Shown here in pieces: positions 56,690 through 64,000 of a stretch of DNA of 64,000 nt. Each line of letters starts with the position of its first letter. Within the stretch, counting starts at the first letter, position 1. The notes beneath the pieces are model-generated. The model was not told the origin of the DNA and made no database searches. It saw only the letters and a list, made by a program, of their open reading frames with translations. The DNA is taken from the NCBI GenBank assembly GCA_902627595.1, contig CACOJO010000003.1, positions 83,829 to 147,828 of the forward strand, read 5' to 3'. A program made the position numbers and the translations under genes. The DNA is from an uncultured SAR86 cluster bacterium (GTDB lineage Bacteria; Pseudomonadota; Gammaproteobacteria; Magnimaribacterales; AG-339-G14).

Positions 56690-57666
56690 TAAATTATTTT
56701 TGCTGAAAGAATCTCATGCATTCTTATCAAGCCAGTGATTTTATTTTTGGAATCTTTAACAATTAATGAGTAGATTTTTTGATTTTCCATGACTCTTGAT
56801 ACATCTAGTACATAATCAGTTTCACCAACAAATTTAAATTTTTTAGTCATAACTTTTTTTATTAGAGTTGAGGATAAATCCACATCATTATTGATAACTC
56901 TTCTTAAGTCTCCGTCAGTAAAAATTCCGCTCACAGATCTACCTATCTTTATCAGTCCCAATCCATATCCCTTTTTAGATATTGTTTCCATCGCCTTAAT
57001 TATTGATATATTTCCATCAACATAAGGCAGATCTCTTTCATTAATCATGATCTCTTTAACTTTTATAAAACTTTTACCCAGACTTCCGCCAGGATGGTTC
57101 CTACCGAAATCAGATCTTTTGAAACCGCTCAAGCTAGATAAAGCGACTGAAATGGCGTCGCCTATCATCATCATCGCAGTTGTACTGGATGTTGGAGCTA
57201 AATTGAGAGGATCTGCTTCATTTTCTATTTTAATCGATAGATGGGCATCTGAGGATAAAGCAATAGTAGATTTATCATTACCAGTAACGGAGCATATTTT
57301 AATATTTTTAGAATTTAAATTAGGCAAAAGATCAACTAGTTCTTCTGTTTCACCTGAATAAGAAAATATAATTACCATATCTTTACTAGTTATTGCACCA
57401 AGATCTCCATGGCTGGCCTCAGCAGCATTGATATAAAAGGAGGGCCTACCCAAGCTTGATAAAGTAGATGAAATTTTTTCTGATACTTTTCCAGATTTTC
57501 CTATTCCTAAAAAAATAATATTTCCTTTTGTATTTTCTAATTCTAAACAAATTTTATTAAATTCTGATTTAACAATTTGCGACGAAATAGACCTTAAAGC
57601 TTCAATTTCATTATCAATGACTCTTTTACCTAATTTAAAAAAATCATTTTTTTTTGGTTTTTTCAT
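56689..57666 (-). CDS. kdsD: arabinose-5-phosphate isomerase (SIS + CBS pair)
   Basis: 325 aa. Has the SIS motif GIGKSG, SYSGET and a C-terminal tandem CBS pair. Confidence 0.9.
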   Translation of the reverse strand: MKKPKKNDFFKLGKRVIDNEIEALRSISSQIVKSEFNKICLELENTKGNIIFLGIGKSGKVSEKISSTLSSLGRPSFYINAAEASHGDLGAITSKDMVIIFSYSGETEELVDLLPNLNSKNIKICSVTGNDKSTIALSSDAHLSIKIENEADPLNLAPTSSTTAMMMIGDAISVALSSLSGFKRSDFGRNHPGGSLGKSFIKVKEIMINERDLPYVDGNISIIKAMETISKKGYGLGLIKIGRSVSGIFTDGDLRRVINNDVDLSSTLIKKVMTKKFKFVGETDYVLDVSRVMENQKIYSLIVKDSKNKITGLIRMHEILSAKII

Positions 57667-57716
57667 CTGAGATTAATTATCTTGTAGTAGACTAAGTCCA
57701 TAAAAATTGATTATAA

Positions 57717-59604
<1,888 letters not shown>

Positions 59605-59605
<1 letters not shown>

Positions 59606-60225
59606 TGTTACTTGTTTTACCAAAAGGAAGATTGCTTCCAGAATTAAAAAATCTTTTAGAAAAAATAGGAATTTCCTTCAATAACTCTTCTAGAAAATTG
59701 GTCATAGATACTTCTATTAATGGCGTTAAAGTTGCTATTTTAAGATCTTGGGATATCCCCAAATTTGTTAATAAAGGTATCGCCGATATGGGATTTGTCG
59801 GTAAAGATGTTCTCAATGAGATTGAAGATGAACAAAATTTTTATGAATCCATAGATACTAGACTTGGAAAATGTCGCCTTTCCTTAGCTTCTTTAAAAAA
59901 AACTTCTTCAAATAAACCAGTTGTGGCAACAAAGTATCCAGTTTCTGCAAAAGCCTTTTTTGCTACAAAAATGCAAAACGTAGAGATAATAAACTTAAAA
60001 GGAGCTATTGAAATAGCTCCCATTTTGGGCCTTTCAGATTATATAGTTGATCTTGTGCAAACCGGAAGTACATTGAAAGAAAATGGATTGTCTGAGATTG
60101 AGGTTATACAAAATATTTCCACTAGACTTATTATTAATAAATCTTCCTTCAAAACAAATAACCAAAAAATACAAAAAATTATCTTTTCTATAAAAGACAG
60201 TCTTAATGCAAAAGTTAAAAATTAA
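59605..60225 (+). CDS. hisG: ATP phosphoribosyltransferase, short (HisZ-dependent) form
   Basis: 206 aa. Has LPKGRL, DIP.FV..G.AD.G..G.D and DLV.TG.TL..NGL. It lacks the C-terminal regulatory domain of long HisG. Its ATG overlaps the murA TAA. Confidence 0.85.
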
Positions 60226-61510
60226 AAAAGTATCTTTTTCTTCAGCAAAGAAACTTTTGAGAGAAAAAAAAGTTACGAACCAAAGTTCATATGTAAGAGA
60301 GGTTGTACAAAAAATAATTCTTGATGTAAAAAAAAATGGAGATAAAGCTTTAATTAAGCACTCTAATAAAATAGATAAAACAAAGTTTAAGTCTATCTAC
60401 GAAGCTTCCTACAACAAATCTGATTTTAAAAAAAATTATAAAAAAATAGATGACAAAACAAAGAAGAGCTTAAATTATATAAAGAAAAGAATTATAGATT
60501 TTCACAAATCTATAAAAATAGAAGATTTAAAGACTAGTGATAAAGTCTTTGATTTTCTTGGTCAAATTTATAGGCCGATAAATAAAATAGGCGTTTATGC
60601 ACCAGGGGGTAATGCAGTATATCCATCATCTATTTTGATGACAGCTCTTATTGCTAAAGTTGCTGGTTCTAGGGAAATAAATCTTTTTTTTCCAAGTTCT
60701 TCCGAAAAGGCAAAAACATTAATGTTGGCGACTGCTCACATTGCAGAAATAGATAGGGCTTACAATTTTGGCGGGGCCCAAGCAATAGCTGCCATGGCAT
60801 ATGGCACAGAAACTATATCTAAATCAGACAAAATTTTTGGCCCTGGTAATAGATACGTTGCAGAAGCAAAAAGACAAGTTTTCGGGGATGTTGGAATAGA
60901 CTCTTTTGCTGGTCCCTCCGAAGTACTTATAATCTCGGATAAAAATAAAGACTTTAAAAAATTAGCTGCAGATCTAATTGCTCAGGCAGAGCATGGAGAG
61001 GATTCAAAATGTATTTACGTTCATATTGGAAAAGAAGGCATAGATGATTTGTCTAAAGAACTTAATGTTCAAGTAAATATTGCTCCTAGAGGCAAAACGA
61101 TAAAATCAGCTTTAGAAAAAAATTCAATTTTTATTCAAGTAAAAAATATTCATGAAGCAATTGAGATAAATAATCTTTTTTCCCCTGAACATTTACAGAT
61201 TATCAGCAAACATTACAAAACGTCTTTGTTAAAAGAAATTTCTGCTGGAGCTATTTTTATTGGGGAGAATAATACGGCCGTCCTGGGTGATTATGCTGCT
61301 GGTCCAAGTCATGTTATTCCAACAAATTCATCAGCTAGATTTAGTTCACCTGTGAGCATTGAAGACTTTCTAGTGAGAAGTTCAGTGACATCAATTAAAT
61401 CTATCAAGGATAAAAAAAAATATAACGAGCTTCTTAATAACTCTATATTTTTAGCAGAGCTTGAAGGTCTATACGGTCACGCAAATGCTTTAAAATTGAG
61501 GAAAAAATAA
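60206..61510 (+). CDS. hisD: histidinol dehydrogenase
   Basis: 434 aa. Has GGAQAIAAMAYGT, FAGPSEVLII, AQAEHG and SPEHL motifs. Confidence 0.9.
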   Translation: MQKLKIKKVSFSSAKKLLREKKVTNQSSYVREVVQKIILDVKKNGDKALIKHSNKIDKTKFKSIYEASYNKSDFKKNYKKIDDKTKKSLNYIKKRIIDFHKSIKIEDLKTSDKVFDFLGQIYRPINKIGVYAPGGNAVYPSSILMTALIAKVAGSREINLFFPSSSEKAKTLMLATAHIAEIDRAYNFGGAQAIAAMAYGTETISKSDKIFGPGNRYVAEAKRQVFGDVGIDSFAGPSEVLIISDKNKDFKKLAADLIAQAEHGEDSKCIYVHIGKEGIDDLSKELNVQVNIAPRGKTIKSALEKNSIFIQVKNIHEAIEINNLFSPEHLQIISKHYKTSLLKEISAGAIFIGENNTAVLGDYAAGPSHVIPTNSSARFSSPVSIEDFLVRSSVTSIKSIKDKKKYNELLNNSIFLAELEGLYGHANALKLRKK

Positions 61511-61513
61511 ATT

Positions 61514-62290
61514 TTATCTATTTAAGAGCGAATTGAAGACCTCAATTACATTATTTATAGGAATTGCAAAATTTATACCTTGATCAACTCCTGTAGTAGT
61601 CTGAATAGAAATTACTATTCCAATTAATCTTCCTTTATCATCAATTAAAGCACCGCCTGAACTTCCTGGATTAATTGAGGCATCGGTCTGTATAAAACTT
61701 CCTTTTTTGTCATTTAATGTTCTGATAGCGCTTACGATTCCCTTACTAAAGGATTGACCTACTCCCTGAGGATTCCCAATCGCAATAACAGACTCTCCAA
61801 TTTTAACTTGATCTATATTTTTTCTCATTTTTACAGGTTTTAAGTCAATAGGATCTATGACTCCTAATATAGCGATATCAGCTTCTGCATCATAAGCCAA
61901 TATTCGAGCTGCGGATCTTTCTCCTAAGTGGTTCTCTAAAAGTAATTCTTGTTTTAGTGAATATTTGATTACGTGAAAGTTGGTCACTATCAAGTCCTTT
62001 TCAAATACCACACCCGATCCATTGGGAATAAAACGTTCTTTTACAACAAGCGTGTTAAATTTTCTACCAAGTTTATTATACTGTTCTTGCCAATCTCGAA
62101 ATTTTTCCGATGTCCAGATATTTACTACTGAAGGTGAAGTTCTTTCAAGTACATTTGAAATATTATGATATATAGGGATATGTATTTCTGTCTTACCAAA
62201 AAAACTTGAAATAAGCAGGCCTGATAGGCAACCTAAGACCAACCATAAAGATATTAAATAATAATTTTTTTTGAACATAGATAATGGCAA
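61514..62290 (-). CDS. membrane-anchored S1C (DegS/AlgW-like) serine protease lacking a PDZ domain
   Basis: 258 aa. N-terminal TM helix. Catalytic triad contexts are IVTNFHV (His), ADIAIL (Asp) and TDASINPGSSGGAL (Ser). The ORF ends approx. 45 aa after the Ser block, leaving no room for a PDZ domain. Confidence 0.75.
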   Translation of the reverse strand: MPLSMFKKNYYLISLWLVLGCLSGLLISSFFGKTEIHIPIYHNISNVLERTSPSVVNIWTSEKFRDWQEQYNKLGRKFNTLVVKERFIPNGSGVVFEKDLIVTNFHVIKYSLKQELLLENHLGERSAARILAYDAEADIAILGVIDPIDLKPVKMRKNIDQVKIGESVIAIGNPQGVGQSFSKGIVSAIRTLNDKKGSFIQTDASINPGSSGGALIDDKGRLIGIVISIQTTTGVDQGINFAIPINNVIEVFNSLLNR

Positions 62291-62335
62291 TTATAACCTC
62301 TCTGAGTTATCATTCCCGCCTTTCAAAAACTTATT

Positions 62336-62764
62336 ATGAAAACAAAAAGTTATAAAACTTCAGATATAGAAAAAAATTGGCATTTAGTTAATGCTGAAGG
62401 CGAAGTTCTTGGAAGATTAGCTGTAAAAGTTGCAAATATTCTTGTTGGAAAAAATAAAGCTAAATATTCTCCTAATGCTGATCTAGGTGATTTTGTCGTG
62501 GTTATAAACGCTGAAAAAATAAAAGTCACAGGAAACAAGGAAATCCAAAAGAATTACTATCATCACACGGGCTATCCTGGAGGCCTTAAAACAAAACCTT
62601 TCAAAAAAATGTTAGTAGACTCTCCTGAAAATATCATCATAAAGGCTGTTAAGGGAATGCTTCCAAAAAATAAATTAGCAAATAAAATTATCAAAAAATT
62701 AAAAGTATATTCAGGTAAAAATCATCCACATAATGGCCAACAACCCAAGGAGTTGGCAGTTTAG
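62336..62764 (+). CDS. rplM: 50S ribosomal protein L13
   Basis: 142 aa. Has W..VDA....LGRLA and HHTGYPGG motifs. Confidence 0.95.
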   Translation: MKTKSYKTSDIEKNWHLVNAEGEVLGRLAVKVANILVGKNKAKYSPNADLGDFVVVINAEKIKVTGNKEIQKNYYHHTGYPGGLKTKPFKKMLVDSPENIIIKAVKGMLPKNKLANKIIKKLKVYSGKNHPHNGQQPKELAV

Positions 62765-62773
62765 TTTATATTC

Positions 62774-63163
62774 ATGTCAGAAATAATATACGCAACAGGA
62801 AGACGAAAGAGCGCAACCGCAAGAGTTTATCTCTCAGACGGTACAGGCAATATATTAATAAATGATCTACCTTTAGAAGAATACTTTGGAAGAGAAGTAG
62901 CTAAAATATTAGTACGTCAGCCTTTAAAACTTCTTAATTGCGACCAAAAATATGATTTTAAAATCAAAGTTTCTGGAGGAGGATCTTTCGGTCAAGCTGG
63001 AGCTATTAGACACGGTATATCTAGGGCTCTTGAAAAGAAAGACGGTGACTATAGAGGAGTTTTAAAGTCAGCAGGATATTTAACAAGAGATTCAAGAAAA
63101 GTGGAAAGAAAAAAAGTTGGATTAAGAAAAGCTAGGAAGGCTCCTCAATTCAGCAAAAGATAA
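62774..63163 (+). CDS. rpsI: 30S ribosomal protein S9
   Basis: 129 aa. Has ATGRRK.A.ARV and a C-terminal GL.KARK.PQFSKR. Confidence 0.95.
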   Translation: MSEIIYATGRRKSATARVYLSDGTGNILINDLPLEEYFGREVAKILVRQPLKLLNCDQKYDFKIKVSGGGSFGQAGAIRHGISRALEKKDGDYRGVLKSAGYLTRDSRKVERKKVGLRKARKAPQFSKR

Positions 63164-63166
63164 AAT

Positions 63167-63760
63167 ATGCAGCCAAAAAGTCCTCCTAATCCTGGTAGAA
63201 GGAAATTTTTAACGTATACAACTTCTTTTTTGGGCGTTATAGGTGCGTTCTTCACTGCAATACCATTCATCAGCGCTTTTAAACCAAGTGCAAAAGCTGA
63301 GGCGGCAGGCGCTCCAGTAAAAGTTGATGTTTCAAAGTTGCTACCTGGCGAAATGATGACTGTTGAATGGAGAGGAAGACCAGTCTTCGTAGTTAACATA
63401 CCTGAAGAAAATACAAATTTCATTACAAATAATCTAGAGAGGCTTGCTGACCCCAATATGGACGACCCCTCTCAGCCTGAATATGCTAGAAACGAGATTA
63501 GATCGAGAAAAAAGGGAATTGCTGTTTTAACTGGTGTTTGTACTCATTTAGGGTGCGCGCCAAAATATTATCCTGAAGCTAAACCAGAAGATTTTGACTC
63601 AGCTTGGCAAGGAGGTTTCTTTTGTCCTTGTCATGGGTCTAAATTTGATTTAGTTGGAAGGGTTTATGCCAATGTTCCAGCCCCTACGAATTTAGTTGTG
63701 CCACCACATTTTTTTGAAAAAGATAACTTATTAGTTATTGGTTCAGACGGAGTTACTTAA
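63167..63760 (+). CDS. petA: ubiquinol-cytochrome c reductase Rieske iron-sulfur subunit
   Basis: 197 aa. Tat-like N-terminus (GRRKFL) and the Rieske boxes CTHLGC and CPCHGS. Confidence 0.9.
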   Translation: MQPKSPPNPGRRKFLTYTTSFLGVIGAFFTAIPFISAFKPSAKAEAAGAPVKVDVSKLLPGEMMTVEWRGRPVFVVNIPEENTNFITNNLERLADPNMDDPSQPEYARNEIRSRKKGIAVLTGVCTHLGCAPKYYPEAKPEDFDSAWQGGFFCPCHGSKFDLVGRVYANVPAPTNLVVPPHFFEKDNLLVIGSDGVT

Positions 63761-64000
63761 TGAGCGAAAATACTATTGGAAAAAAAAGCATTGATTGGGT
63801 AGACAAAAGATTTCCTATTGTAGACCTTTTCGAAAGGCACCTCTCTAAATATTATTCCCCATCTAATATAAATATTTGGTATCTATTCGGGTTTCTGCTG
63901 CTAATTGTTCTAGTTATGCAAATTCTTACAGGTTTATGGTTAATGATGAACTATACCAATACTGCAGAAGGGGCTTTTTCTTCAATAGAATATATCATGC
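63760..64000 (+). CDS. petB: cytochrome b (bc1 complex), 5' partial running off the window
   Basis: Not in the ORF track because no stop is reached. The ATG at 63760 overlaps the petA TAA. Translation is MSENTIGKKSIDWVDKRFPIVDLFERHLSKYYSPSNINIWYLFGFLLLIVLVMQILTGLWLMMNY..., a typical cytochrome b N-terminus. Confidence 0.85.
   Translation, partial: MSENTIGKKSIDWVDKRFPIVDLFERHLSKYYSPSNINIWYLFGFLLLIVLVMQILTGLWLMMNYTNTAEGAFSSIEYIM

Noticed and set aside
63145-63456. 103-aa minus-strand ORF opposite petA.
   Set aside because: It is antisense to the Rieske gene, which has both Cys-His boxes intact. This is a shadow ORF.

Overview
This is an AT-rich, very gene-dense chromosomal segment. Spacers are usually 0-50 nt, with many 1-4 nt start/stop overlaps and several TTG starts. 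It looks like a streamlined Gammaproteobacterium; that assignment is an inference from synteny, not a database hit. Gene order follows the Pseudomonas/E. coli core layout almost block by block: valS-holC-pepA divergent from lptFG; dapD-dapC-map; carAB-greA-rlmE-ftsH-folP-glmM-tpiA-secG-tRNALeu-tRNAfMet-rimP-nusA-infB-rbfA-truB-rpsO-pnp; ychF-pth-rplY-prs-tRNAGln-ispE-lolB divergent from prfA-prmC-moeB; gatCAB divergent from mreBCD; lptB-(lptC/A-like)-kdsD divergent from mlaC-murA-hisGD; and rplM-rpsI-petAB. I support about 72 CDS (two partial at the window edges), 4 tRNAs and a few regulatory elements. I saw no rRNA, CRISPR array, IS or transposon, integrase, prophage, or recognisable defence or toxin-antitoxin module. 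I did not find a convincing self-contained novel multi-gene system. The items most worth a second look are listed here. (1) A signal-peptide-less GH84 (O-GlcNAcase-type) homologue sits inside a housekeeping gene string. (2) A cold-shock domain is tethered to the membrane by two N-terminal TM helices. (3) A translationally coupled pair of unknown function (SurA_N/parvulin-like plus long HupE/UreJ-like membrane protein) lies downstream of tas and a GNAT. (4) Envelope loci are reduced: one LptC/LptA-like gene with no kdsC, an orphan mlaC, and a PDZ-less DegS-like protease. (5) A pyrBI-style leader ORF, hairpin and U9 tract lies upstream of carA. (6) A duplicated TTGACC-N17-TATACTCGC promoter flanks the initiator tRNA, with a perfect hairpin before rimP. 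All family calls rest on motif recognition from memory and synteny and need HMM or BLAST confirmation.
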